Below, piece by piece: positions 1 through 13,087 of a stretch of 64,000 bases of DNA. This DNA is from Adineta vaga (lineage: Eukaryota > Animalia > Rotifera). Made by a program: the position numbers and the translations under genes. Location of the stretch: assembly GCA_021613535.1 (NCBI GenBank), contig CP075492.1, positions 12,338,001-12,402,000 of the forward strand. Direction: 5' to 3'. How positions within the stretch are numbered: position 1 is the stretch's first letter; each line of letters starts with the position of its first letter. The notes below the pieces were generated by a model. The model had not been told where the DNA came from. It saw only the letters and a list, made by a program, of their open reading frames with translations, and did no database searches.

Positions 1-1770
1 GAAAATTTCGGTAATTGATCAAAACTTGATATACGTCTTTAAAGAAAATAAAGATACATCAAAATTTTCATCATAAAAACGTCATTTAATCTACGTTAAG
101 ATTGTCACTTGTTCATTCGGTCGACAATAGATTTCCATTTTATGTACGATTAAATCTGCAATCATTCGATAATCTTCTTCTTGATTTTCACCAATGAGTT
201 GCATTGTACAATCATTAATTTGAATAATATATTCTTTTCCATCATTTGTTTGAATTAATTCAATAGCACATAGATCAAGTCCACCAAATATTTGACTGAC
301 TTCATCAAGCCATAAACGATATCTTAAATGTAAAATGAATTAATAGAGAAAAAAGAAAATTAGATCATTCAAAACCTTTCAGTCAATGGAATTTTTTCAA
401 TTATACATGAACCAATATTTGCTTTCCAATTATTTGATAATGATGTTCGTCTAAACAAAGAAATAGTTCAATTATAAAGTTACCTACTGAAAAACTCGAC
501 ATTTCTTCATTATTAATGAAAGGAAAGATCATTAATTTTGAAGTATCTTTTGAAACATGACTTGTTTCTACATATTAGTATTCAACTTGCATTCAATAAC
601 GTCTATCTTGTTAGTAATACACAAATGAGTTTCTATTTTCTCACTTCGTCAGACAATGATGAATATTGTCTCAATTTACCTCAGTGCTTTGTAATGTTGT
701 CCAATTTTTTGTAAATAAATATCACATCGTCCAGGAATATACGGTTCAATTGTTGAATAACATTGACTTATTTCAATAATTCCAGTTATTTCATGATAAT
801 CATACGTATTTTTGATTAAAATCTAAGTATGAAATATTTGAAATGATTGCGAAAATGTTCTTGATTGAACATACTTTGCCTAAACCTTGATGTGCATGAC
901 CAATTTTAATCACCGATGGATATGGTGGTGAAATAAACTAAACATGATAGATTTTATCGATCAAATGAATAAAATTATTTACCATTTTTCGATGGTTTGG
1001 ATAATAAGTTTGACTAATCAATGGAAACTTTTCAGCACCTAATCGTCGTTGAATCTGACATAATTCTGCATACTAATTAGAAAGAAAATGATATATACGA
1101 AAGAAGTATATATAAAAACATACAATCCAAGGTCTATCTTGAAAGTTGTATAAAGCTCTCATTGAATTAATACTTGGTACTGCTCCATATTGCATTCCAA
1201 GAATAATATTAATCCAATTAACATCGACATCTTTGACATATTGTCGAACGAGTACAAAATCCGGATGAAATGATCTTTAAATAATGATTTTATATGTCAA
1301 TAGAAAGAAAAAACTTCGATTCTTTTTTGTTTTACCGAATAACAGGTATACCACTTCGAAAGGTATTGATACCAATCGAAATTCCACCGTTTGAATGCGC
1401 AGATAAACCGATTTCATTGAAAGTAGCCTAGAAAAATCCAGAAGAAAATGAATATTTATAAAATTTTATTCAACAGACGACATTTAAACATCAACAAGAA
1501 ACCTGTTCAATGCGAATATCGTAATCAGCAAAAAGTTTTCTATCTTTGAAATATTTTTTCCTACGAGCATGTAAAATCAATAGTAAAAAAGCTCAAATTT
1601 ATTTTTATTTACCAATCAACATAATGTTCATCGATGATAAATAATATTTTCGATTTATTTGATTGAATTTCTGAATGATTGAGTAATTCTTTTGGTGTAA
1701 TACTACCGGAGTTTGGTAAATCATGTTGAAAATCTCCTGAAGGCAAACGTCGTTTGATATAATTTATCAT
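1..1770 (-). CDS. Syn: Synapsin (ATP-grasp C domain), multi-exon, probably runs off the left edge of the window
   Basis: Spliced translation: MINYIKRRLPSGDF (domain A), ILFIIDEHYVDW, DIRIEQA, FHPDFVLVRQ, GMQYGAVPSINS, YNFQDRPWI, PSVIKIGHAHQGLGK, RRTSLSNNWKANIG, FGGLDLCAIE, IIQINDCTM. An in-frame TAG at 91-93 overlaps a likely ~58-bp GT..AG intron, after which the frame stays open to base 1. Confidence 0.93.
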
Positions 1771-2905
1771 TACTCTAAAATTATCAAGAAAAAGAATGAA
1801 TTATTTTCTGAAAATAGATCTTAGTTTTTTTTTGTTCGTTAATGTGTTTGCATGTTAAGAATTCATTTTCAATGATTATATTTTGAAATAAAGAACAAGT
1901 TAATATTCATATTCATATTATTATTATTATTGAAGATTCTCTTATTGATCTTACCGAAACAATGAAAAATATTATAAATGACAATAGTTCAAGAATCATC
2001 ATCATCGTCGTCGTCGTCGTCTAGTTTTCTTTTCTTTTCTTTTCTTATTATTTTACTGATGACACGATATAAGACATGGAAGAGAACGGAAGAAGCTATG
2101 CAAACTTTCATTAATCATGACTTGAAGTCTTTAAAAATTAATCCTGAGAATAAATAATTCCTTGAATATTTTATCAAAACAAAAATCGACTTTTACGTCC
2201 TCTTTCTTTTTTCAAATGACAAATCAGATATCTAATTGATATGTACATACAGTTGTTCATATTCATTCTTTATCATGATTTTACGTCATATCAATAGTAA
2301 TGACAAGATGTTACTTTTACATGAACATTATGATAGATAACAATTATTGAAAGAAAAGAAATTTTTTTTCTCGAAAAGGTTACACGAAAGGGAGTGCAGG
2401 AAAAAAAAGAAGAAGTCAAGGTAAAATAGACGTATAAATGAACGAGTGAAATGATGCATGACCTATCGTTTGTTTAAATAGAAAGAAGGCATATGTAATG
2501 AACGAGAAAAAAGAAGAATTCCAAATGTTCTGAATAGATTTTTTCATTGATATGATGTACAAGTGATGGTTAGGGTACAATATAAATATCTATAGCTAGA
2601 TAAAATTCATTGAATTGATGATCACCGTTGATCTATGACATTGAAATTCGCAAAATTTTCAAGGAAGTTATTCGATACATATTGAAAAGCTTGAGGGTAA
2701 GAGATTAAATCATAACCTTGTATTTATATCACGATGAGAATTAATAAGGTATATGACACATTTGAATATTTATTGAGCATTTTTATTCGTTTCAGACAAG
2801 TTTGAGAAAGAGAGAGAGAGAGAGTGACAAGTGTGAAAACTGAATAAAATCGAAACAAAAAACGAAGAAAGTATTTCATTATTCATTTACTTTTAGTTAT
2901 TAATT

Positions 2906-3631
2906 ATGAACTATCCATATTCAACGTCTTCACCTTATATTCAAGCGGCAATGTCCCAAGCCGTTCAAGCTATTATGAGCGGAGCACCGTTACCTCCGAA
3001 TTGTTTAGTTATGGCAGTACCATATCAACAAGTTTCTCCAATGATGCCACAAATAAGGATGAATCCTGCCATGTCAGCTAAGGATCAAATGATACTTTCT
3101 CAAAAATCTCCATATTATGGTCCATCACCATACCGTAATCCTCCTTCAACAACACGTGCTCCTCCTCCTCAAACATTTAATTATGCGGTCGTACCTTTTA
3201 TGAATAAACCTAAATCGAAAGCAAAAAATCGACAACCTCTTCATTCGAATCTCTATAATTCTTCATCGTTTGATTCTTATATGCGTAATTTAAGTTGGAG
3301 TCGACTATTTCATCATCGTCCATCACAAAAAACTTCCAAACGAGCAAGTGATGATGAACCAGCAGCGAATTCTGATAAGAAAACAAGTTCAACGAAGAAA
3401 CAACAATCGAATTCATCTCTATCATCTTCATCGTCATCGTCATCGTCATCTTCAACCACAAGTGATGAAACTATTCGACGAGTTACTGTTACCAGTCGAC
3501 CACCATCAAATATGAATTCAAAACAGCAAACAAAAGGTAGTTTACCATTTAAGTATTCATCTGAATTTCTTCCAGGTATAGGCAAACAACAAGTGAAACA
3601 AAACGATGTCTTCATTATCAATAAAGCTTAA
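2906..3631 (+). CDS. Pro/Ser/Gln-rich low-complexity protein of unknown function (single coding exon, 241 aa)
   Basis: Long uninterrupted ORF in AT-rich DNA with coding-like composition, a ttttag acceptor just upstream of the ATG and a poly-Ser tract. No recognisable domain. Confidence 0.7.
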   Translation: MNYPYSTSSPYIQAAMSQAVQAIMSGAPLPPNCLVMAVPYQQVSPMMPQIRMNPAMSAKDQMILSQKSPYYGPSPYRNPPSTTRAPPPQTFNYAVVPFMNKPKSKAKNRQPLHSNLYNSSSFDSYMRNLSWSRLFHHRPSQKTSKRASDDEPAANSDKKTSSTKKQQSNSSLSSSSSSSSSSSTTSDETIRRVTVTSRPPSNMNSKQQTKGSLPFKYSSEFLPGIGKQQVKQNDVFIINKA

Positions 3632-3805
3632 ATTCAAACGAAATCTTTTTTGTGTAAAATCGAACAACTCAATTCTTTTCATCTTTTCTTTTCTCTTTTT
3701 TTTCTGCAATTTACAAAAAATTAAAATACATCAACCATCAGGATATTAAATAAATGACTCATCTGACACCAATAAACGAGAGACATAAAAAAGAAAAGAA
3801 AACTT

Positions 3806-4508
3806 TCAACGAAAAAATTCTTCAGGGATTGTTGGTGTTATTTGTTGTTGAATTCGTTCATTGACTCGATGTAAGCGAAAATGTTGACTGATATGATCAA
3901 CATTATGTTTCTTCAGAGGAGTTTGTAAGAGACGAGCATTAGAATTTTGACTTCCACCATCAACATCAATTACCATACGTGTATGTTTGACGAAGATTAG
4001 CATATCATTTGACTGATCATTTGACCGTTCAAAGTTGACTGTTTGATATGGTGTACGAGTTCCCATATATCGACAAAGAACAACCGGTGCACATGGTGAT
4101 GGTGAACCACTAATTAATAGATATTGAATTTCAAAAATGATTAAATAACAAAAAAATAGTCGATATTTACTTATGTATTGTAAGTACAAGACCTGTTAAA
4201 TGATGTCGAATAATAAAATCTCGATAACCAATATGTTGAATTTCAAATATTTGTGATTCTCCATTATTCTAAAAGATTTTAAAGAGATTTAATCAGAAAG
4301 AAAATTCGTTTAATTTACTTCAAGATTTTGATCTTGTTGAACTAATGTTGAACGGTCTGGTGTAAAGGTTACAAATTTTCCTGATTGAAGAACTTCAATT
4401 AAATACAGACCTTCGAGAATTTGTTCACTCTAAAAAACAAGGACATTTTCGATTGAATAAAATTTAACGACGTAATTAACGTACTGCAAAATACCATTGA
4501 TCGTGCAT
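3806..4508 (-). CDS. Ricin-B-type beta-trefoil lectin-like protein (4 exons)
   Basis: Spliced translation: MHDQWYFA|SEQILEGLYLIEVLQSGKFV...SQIFEIQHIGYRDFIIRHHLTGLVLTI..GSPSPCAPVVL..YQTVNF..MLIFVKHTRMVIDVDGGSQNSNARLLQ..SQHFRL. This gives three Y/F-x-I...SG/TG-x-V-L...Q-x-F subrepeats typical of ricin-B (RicinB_lectin_2-like) domains. No signal peptide. Confidence 0.7.
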
Positions 4509-6457
4509 AATAAACGAATAGAAATGTGTCCTACCTGTATTTATTTTTTTGTTTTTGTAAACGTTAATATTCTTAGTTATATCGATAAATAAATCGTTCT
4601 CCTAAACAAAACTGTAACCTTATGATCACATGTTCTAGAATAGTAATAATAATAAATAATCAAAAAAGAGAGAAAGGCCAACTTATCTATTATATACGTG
4701 TTTTTGCAATACATAAATGATGTGTTGTTTACTCATATTTGAAGGATATATTAATTCAATTCTTTTTAATAACATATAATTATGTAATAAACGTTTTTCT
4801 TAGAACTGAATCAACTCAAATAGAAATTGAAAATTGTCTGCTTTTGTTTCTATAGTTGCCAGAGAACCGAACATTGCTGAGGTTTTGTTTCAGCTTATCT
4901 TTTAATGAAAACCACAAATCTCTTCTTGATTGAATGTATCGTTATGTATTATTCTAAAAGAATCACGGACGAATTTATTTACATATATGTAAACAAACAT
5001 GTCAATTCTAAGATTTCTATCTTATAATTATATTGTCTTTTTATTAGTATTGAATTTGATTAAATATATCGGAATAAATTAATGAAAATTTGAAATCAAA
5101 TGAAAAGAAAAAAAGATTTATCTGTTTGACGGATTTACTTTTTATATGTTAACGAGACTTCTGAGTACAAAGAAAAAAAATGAATGTGTTTCGTTTAAGA
5201 TTCCGGCAAATTGATCAATTGTGATTGTTCTGTCTTTTTTTTCTGTCCTTTCTTTTTTTTATTTAGTTTAGATACCAAATCAACAGTAAGAATCGATGTT
5301 TTAGACGGTAACAACAAAAGAAATTTCAGTTTTTTTTTTCTTCTCTTTTAAAAGTGTACTTCTTAACAAGAGGCATTTCTTTACTAGGGAGAAGTATAAG
5401 ATGATAAGCGTTAGAATAAACAAAGCTAAAAATATTTTCGCTACCATGACTTCTCTGGCAATTTAGTTTTCATGTGTTCATAGAGAATATTATTTTCTTG
5501 TTATGACAAAAACATGTTTTTACTCATCTTAAACAATTGTGTTCCTTTTTCAATCAGTGCGCAGAAGAAAATAAGTAAGTACTATTGTCGATTTAAATAA
5601 ACTCTCGACATGTTTCAAATTTTATATCTTTTTATTATCGACGCAATTAAAATCAGTTGCTTGAAAACGAAATATTTCGTTTAGTCTTATAAATTTGCTT
5701 ATCATAACTGATCTATTTATGAAAAGTTCTTATTGATATTTATCTGCTTTGCTCATTAGGAAGTTTTGGATGTTTGAACTCATCAATACTTTGGCTATAA
5801 GTAAGAGAGAGAGCGAGAGAAAAACAATTATTTACGTAGTCAACTAATGTAAAGAGAAAAACTCCAATATACTTGAAACATAAAAGACAACAAAAAACAA
5901 TGCTTTTCTCTCGTTGGATACAATTACGAAAAATTGAGATTTAAACATCGATAACTGAATCATTTATAATTGATACATTCATACGAAATGAAGAAAGAAA
6001 AAACGAACAGTTGAATTGTTGCTCTGGAACAGTTCGTTGCTGGGTTAGTTAGAGGCTTGAAAACAAACTAAAGGTGAATCAAACATCGTGATCGTCTCCA
6101 TGGTTGTTGTAACAAGTGTAATTTTTTTTCTCTTTCCCCGCCTTCGGGAGGTTTTTTTTTATTTTTTTTTTCATTCAAGTTGTATGAAACTGAATGCATC
6201 GTACATGTATTTAAATAAGTGCAGACTCTTTTTTTCAAAGATTGCTACTGTCAATCAATCAATCAATCAATCAAAACTAGTCATTTTCTAATCCTTTGGA
6301 AAGAGAAAAGAACTGTATATTAATTCTTCTTCTTCTTGATCTCCTTCTTTTCAAACGAAATTAATAGAAAAAAATCTTAACGTTTTCTCATTGATTCTAG
6401 ATTTTGCTATCCGGTGAATATATATTATGTGAAATATAACCGAACAATAGAGAAAAT

Positions 6458-9400
6458 ATGACGAGTTACGTTTTATTATTATTCATAATGCTATTATTAT
6501 GGCAAGTAAGTGACTGATTTTTTGATATTTTTCGTTAGTGAAAATGATTTTATATTGAATCTAGACATGTTTATCTACACATGAGTGTAATAGAACCATA
6601 CTTGGAAAAAATATGACATTTACATGTCCAGTAGCGGTTGGTAATCAACTGCTGAGATTGTACGATTTAACTAGTGAAGAATTGGAAAATATTACTTTAT
6701 TCATTGCAGAAGGTTGGGTGGTACTACTTCAGGTCCATTCACATCCATTCCTCCAAATCTATGTTTAATGCCAAACTTACAAGTAAATACTACGAAATTT
6801 TTTATAAATTTTCTCAATAGAAAAAACAACTTTTTTAGACCATTATTTTTTCAAATAATCTCATTGTATCTGTTGATCCAACGGATTCATTGAGTAAATG
6901 CTTTTCCAAGGTGATTACACTTGATGTTAGTACGAATCGAATCACCAATTTTCCGTCCTATCTGATTTATAACATGCCAAATTTGAAAAATCTTTATTTT
7001 CAACATAATAATCTTACTGAAGTACCAGCTAATGCATTTTCTAACGTTTCATTATTGGAAACTGTCGATTTTTCTTATAATCAATTGACAACTTTCGAAC
7101 TATGGGCTTTGGATGTCAAGACAAAAGCTGATTTTAGTCACAATAAAATTACTACAATCACAAATAAGTACTTTTATACGTCGGATGTAAATCAAACTAC
7201 TCCACCAACGGTGCTTTTAACTGGTAATGGACCAACAATAAACTTTACTGATGCAATTTATGAAATGTATGATCAATGTGAAGAAGTTCAACAGTGGTAT
7301 TTTACAGATGAAGTATCACTGACTCCGCCATTATTTACAGGAAAACTACGTTACATCAATTTTGGCACTACACAAATTGATTGCAGTTGTAATCAAATTT
7401 ATTTTCTAAAGGTGTTCATAGCTAGTTACCAGAACTGAATATCCATACTCCATACTTGACACAATGTGTTCAAACAGTTCACAGAACAGTAGCAACGTAA
7501 AATTTTTCAATTCCAGTTGTATTGATTCTACATTCGATAAAAACTCGACTCTCGATTTTACTCAAGTATATCCTAGATACTGTAAGATACAGTCGAATGA
7601 GGCTGGTAGTTTGACACAAACAATAGAATTTCCGGCACCATCATCAAGTGCGGTAAGATTTCTTAACTTGAAGAAAAAACATTCTAACTGAAAACAAAAC
7701 TTTTTCATCAATAATTAAAATGACATATTGAATGTTTTTATTTTTAGTCGACGTATCCTCACTACGAAACCGTTGACATGAATCTCGGAACATGTTTTTT
7801 TACTTTTACGAATACAACTACAATGAATATCGCATGTACGAATGATACATCAAATACTTTATCACAAATACCTGCAACATTGCTAGGCGGTACTTACATG
7901 AGTAATATAACTCACGTAACATTCAGTTCTAATATTTCTATACTCCCAACATACCTTTGTTCATTACCATCTCGTGAAATTGATATAAGTTATCAAACAT
8001 TTACAACACTTAGTGATACAACATTTCCATGTCTAGATTCATTTCGTAAAGTATCATTATCTCGTAATCAAATAAGCTCAGTGAATATAGTCAATGGTAA
8101 TTTTCAAAATTTAACATCATTAGATCTTTCAGCCAATCAATTAACATCAATACCTTATTCGGTTCTTATGCCAACACCAACTTCATTACGTTCTCTTGAT
8201 TTACGAAATAATTCAATTAATTACATTGATCTCTTCGTTTATACACGAAAAAATATTAATATTTATCTTGATAATAATCCTATTAATAGTACAAATATTC
8301 TTAATCCACAAAATACGACATTGATATTTACTACAAATTCAACAGCAAATGTTACTTTTCCTGCAAGTGTAACAAGCAGTACAATTATTATTGATGATTC
8401 CATAGCAATTACCTATGGTGTATGCAATGATTTTCAATCATTAAGAAATATGCTTCTCAGCCTTGAATCAACAGATGCTGAAGTTCAACTTGATTGTTCA
8501 TGCAAATCAGTCAATTTGAAACAAATCTATCTGAACAACAATCAGAATATTCTTGTTGATTTCAGTTGTTCAAATCCATCACAAGCGGAAACCTTTTTTA
8601 GCGTGTCAATGGCTACGTGTCCAACATATGCTAATTTTTCATCTGGATTATGTACTAATGAGGTATGTTACAATATCTTTTTAATTTCACACCTAAGCTA
8701 ATTAGCAAGTCTTTTCTAAAAGAAATGTCATGTACCAGCATGGGCCATGAAAATATTTTGCATGTCTATTTAATCACTTGAATGCGCTTTTCTTTCACTT
8801 TCTGTGCAAGAATCTTCTACAACTTTAGCTTTTCTATGCATATGCATGCCTTATTTCTCTGTACCGCTCTTCACTTGTTTTTGAACATAGAATGAAAACA
8901 TATCTTCACATGTCCGCGTTGTTGTCAACTATTTGAGAGACACAATTGTTAGGATTGTTTGTTTCTTTTGTTACTCAATCGAATATATGTATAGACGTCA
9001 GCAACTATCACAACAATGCAGACTGTAAATCCTACCACATTCACGAGTGTTTATACCGCTACTCTAATGATGAATTCCACAACAATAAGTACCACTGCTA
9101 CTGCTACTGCTACTACATCTAACACGACGTTAGCTGGATCGGGAAATATTACGACAACCACACCCACAACAATGCAGACTGTAAATCCTACCGCATTCAC
9201 GAGTGTTTATACCGCTACTCTAATGATGAATTCCACAACAATAAGTACCACTGCTACTGCTACTGCTACTACATCTAACACGACGTTAGCTGGATCGGGA
9301 AATATTACGACAACCACACCCACAACAATGCAGACTGTAAATCCTACCACATTCACGAGTGTTTATACCGCTACTCTAATGATGAATTCCACAACAATGC

Positions 9401-10539
9401 AGACTGTAAATCCTACTACATTCACGAGTGCTTATACCGCTACTCTAATGATGAATTCCACAACAATAAGTACCACTGCTACTGCTACTACATCTAACAC
9501 GACGTTAGCTGGATCAAGTAATACTACGACGACCACAACAACACAATCACCTTTCGGCACTACTGTTATTGGTGGAGCAACTACAACAACTGCTACCATC
9601 GTTACTACTACTACTACTACTATCTCCATATCACAGTCTAATTCGAGTAGTTCAGGTGTAAGTGATGATGTACAATCATAAAATGAATACTCATCAATAA
9701 TATTTCAGAAATATAATACATTAAACTTTCTCAACACCGCATTCAGTTTTTGATTTGTTCACTTGATTAATCTCTCATTTATGTTCTCTGTATCTATAAT
9801 CATGACAAATATACTAATTTTCTAATATGAATTCTAGAACAACTACTAATAGATTCTATTTAAACTGATTCATATCATTTATGTTTTCTATAATTTATTC
9901 AATTTTTAGGGAACTGGAAATGTACAATCGAGTAATAATTCAGATTCAAATCGTACTGGATTAATTGTTGGTCTAGTAGTTGGTATAGGTGGCTTTTTAC
10001 TATTACTTGCTGCTATTATCGCTGCAATTATCTTACTCAAACGATGTAAAGGAGGTGGAGGTGCAGGAGACAAAAGACGTGTAAGTCGTATTTCGGCCAA
10101 GGGTTCAGCTGCTCCGGATGGTCAAAAGGCTCCGGTAACTCCTTCTACGCGTTTGCAATCAAGAAATCCACGAGGAATTCAATTGGCAGCAAGTCCATCA
10201 ACGTCATCTCAATTACCATCAAGACCTGTTGAAATTATGGTACCAAATATACATAATGATCCAAATTTACGTAAATCAACACGAGGAATTCCACTTCGAC
10301 TTGATCCAATCAGGTAAGAATCAAACTTGCTTTTTGCTGTTTACTGAAAATTAATACTTATAAATTTGTTCTTCCTCAGACCAACATCTGGTGCGAACCC
10401 GTTAAGTCCACCTGTGACAACTACACTAAGCAATCCAACGACTCTTCGTTCTACGAACAGTTTACCAATGAATCCACCCTCATTATCACAACCACCACCA
10501 CATCAAGTTCTTAACATAGGTGGCGATGTACGTTTTTAA
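6458..10539 (+). CDS. Single-pass LRR receptor-like protein: signal peptide, two LRR modules, Thr-rich mucin stalk, TM helix, Pro-rich tail (two apparent frameshifts)
   Basis: Exon 1 MTSYVLLLFIMLLLWQ; LRRs such as LKNLYFQHNNLTEVP, LETVDFSYNQL, LTSLDLSANQLTSIP and LRSLDLRNNSI; DCSC caps; Thr repeats at 9016-9620; TM GLIVGLVVGIGGFLLLLAAIIAAIILL followed by KRCK; ends GGDVRF* at 10537-10539. The frame breaks at ~6716 and ~7430. Confidence 0.85.
9010..9520 (+). repeat. Coding tandem repeat, 156-bp / 52-aa unit (two full copies, one 69-bp partial, one near-full)
   Basis: The unit MQTVNPTTFTSVYTATLMMNSTTISTTATATATTSNTTLAGSGNITTTTPTT starts at 9016, 9172, 9328 (truncated) and 9397, with near-identical DNA. 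Confidence 0.95.
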
Positions 10540-11223
10540 GACAATTAAAATTCAATCTATTAAATCAAATTTCTTTGTTTGCAAAAGATTTGTATGCATG
10601 CGTTCGTTCGTTTTCTTTCTTATATTTTCATAGGATGCGATTTGTACTTTTTTCTGTTTCAATAAAAGAGAATTAACCTTAATTTTATCGATGATTGTAG
10701 AAAGACGAATGCTAAATAAAATAGATGCCGCTTGTTATTGATATATGACCGTTATTCTATTCGATATTGAAACAAGTGAGTATAAAAGTCAAAAAAGTAC
10801 GGGAAAATTTTCTTTTCTTTCTATGAATGGACATTAAAACGTTGTTCTATTTGAATACACAGATATAGTCATGATCGTGTATTGTGCTTATATTGCCCCC
10901 CTAATTTTCTTCCTAGTCATTATATAGTAAGAGAGACAAACAGGAAATGTCACACCTATATCTATGAATGATAAAGCTTCATGCATTGTTGAACAATTAA
11001 ACGCATCAATGAAACTGCATGGTTGACTTCTTTAAAGATGAACGAAAGTTCATTATTCTCTCTCGAATCTATAAACACGTGCTATTTACTAAGAAAAGAA
11101 AAGGAATGTGATGTAAATTCATTATATCATCTATATGTATATATGTTTGTATATACGAATGAATCATTGAATAGTCCATTGTATTTCAAGACTGCTTTAT
11201 TTTCTTTTTCTTTTCGAATAGAT

Positions 11224-12447
11224 ATGTTTTTTGATCGTGAATCAACAGTAGTTATCACGAAACTACAGAATTTATCTGAATCAGTATTAACTGCTTATTG
11301 TCAAAAGTTTGGTAAAGTTCTTCGATGTTTTATTAAAACGTCTCCACAAACACCCAAAAAAGAGCCTTGTAAGTTCGTCAATTAGAATTCACTCTTTCAT
11401 CTCTTTTCAAATCGCTGTTTTTTCAAAACTCGAAAAATTCTGTAGGAAAAACAAAACGTCTTTTCTTTGATTGAGTATAAACTAATGAATTCTTAATTCT
11501 CTATTTTAGATGCTTTAGTGAAATTTGCTGACGCATCGAGTGTTGTTTCAATTATTAGTCATCGTAATCATATAATAAATGGTGCTCATGTAGCTATGCG
11601 TGGTTATCATGAAGATCGAACAAATTCTTCTTCTTCTTCTTCTTCTTCTTCGTCGTCGTGTACACAATCTATACCAACTTTAATGTCAGTAAACCAACAA
11701 AATCAAAATTTACAAAATAATAATCAAACAGCTATCCAGTATGATCAATTAGTTCAAGAAAATCAAGCCTTAAAATATGAAATAGCTAATCTTCAAAAAT
11801 CCTTAGCTGAAGCTCAAACATATTCGAAAACGGCTTATGAAACATTTCAACTTCTAAGAGAAAAATTTGGTTAGAGAGAATTCATATATTTTCTTTCACG
11901 ATAATAACTTTTTCCATTTTCAGAAGCAGAACAAGCTTTAACAAATAAATTAAAAGAAGAACATACAGAAGCAATCAAATCTTATGAAGCTCGATTAAAA
12001 CAAATACCATCACCATCATCAGTACCAAGAATACAAACAGATAAAGTTAAAGATGAACCACTTGATTGTCATAATCAAGAAAATAGACTTGAAAATCATC
12101 GATTAGAAATTCAAATAGTTAAAGATTGTTTAGAACAAGCACAAATTGATTTAGGTAAATGTCAAACAGAAAATGCGATTCTTAATGCAAAAATAAATTC
12201 TCGCGAACAACAATTCGAAGCACGTTATAAAGATTTAAACAATCAATATTCATTTATGAAGAAAAAATATGAACATATTTCGTCATGTGTCAAAGATTTT
12301 CATTCCAAATTATATCCAAGAAAAAAACTCAAAATAGAATCCAAAGAACAGAACAATAGTAAAATGAATGGCGAAACAATGGATGATTCTAACGATGATA
12401 TTGTGGAAATCGTTATGCAAGTAGATACCCCACTGGCTGATATTTAA
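11224..12447 (+). CDS. RRM-domain protein with C-terminal coiled coils (3 exons)
   Basis: STVVITKLQNLSESVLTAYCQKFGKVLRCFI...YALVKFADASSVVSIISHRNHIINGAHV gives an RRM-like pattern. A poly-Ser tract and heptad-rich helices follow. Exons ~11224-11368, 11510-11869 and 11924-12447. Confidence 0.8.
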
Positions 12448-12924
12448 TAGTTGTTATTTTTCATTTGTTTCTATTTCGTATTCCTTTGTCATATAAACCT
12501 TTACTAATGTTGAATATACATCTGTTTATGCTTTTACTAAATGATTCAATAAGTTTTTATTTTCCGTATTGATTTCTATCAATAGCTCTCAGAGTATATT
12601 TTCGATTTACTAATGAATATGACATAACCGACTAGTACAAAACATCGATCTATCGTTCTTTACTGGAGAGTATTAGTACTATATAATGATATTTGAATCT
12701 TTTTCTCCAACAAATAATTCGATTAACTTTTGTAAGCATTACAAGTTCTTCCTCACAATAGACATATCTTTGGATAAAGAAAAATAATTCTGAAATAAAG
12801 ATTAAAAAATAGTATTTTTTTTTAATTCATACAGAATAAATCAAAATAAACACAACTGCTTATTCTATGTACTAGAATCACGATTAAAAGAAAAAAGAAA
12901 ATTTTTTACTTTCATACAATCTTC

Positions 12925-12925
12925 A

Positions 12926-12948
<23 letters not shown>
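12925..12948. repeat. (AT)n microsatellite
   Basis: About 12 AT units in the convergent intergenic/3' UTR region. Confidence 0.9.
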
Positions 12949-12956
<8 letters not shown>

Positions 12957-13087
12957 TCTGATGTATGTAAACGAGAAGCAAAAAATATTTCATTCTATAG
13001 AATAAGTTGTTAACAACAACAATAATAGTGGCAATAGAGAAAACCTAGACAAAGAAATTACAAAGAAAGATAGATATAATTTTGCTT

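Noticed and set aside
8662-8995. Longer-than-usual introns (also 28960-29388) as MITE insertions
   Set aside because: I could not identify terminal inverted repeats or target-site duplications.
9010-9520. Tandem repeats as a CRISPR-like array
   Set aside because: There are no unique spacers. The repeats are in-frame coding units of a Thr-rich stalk in a eukaryotic gene.
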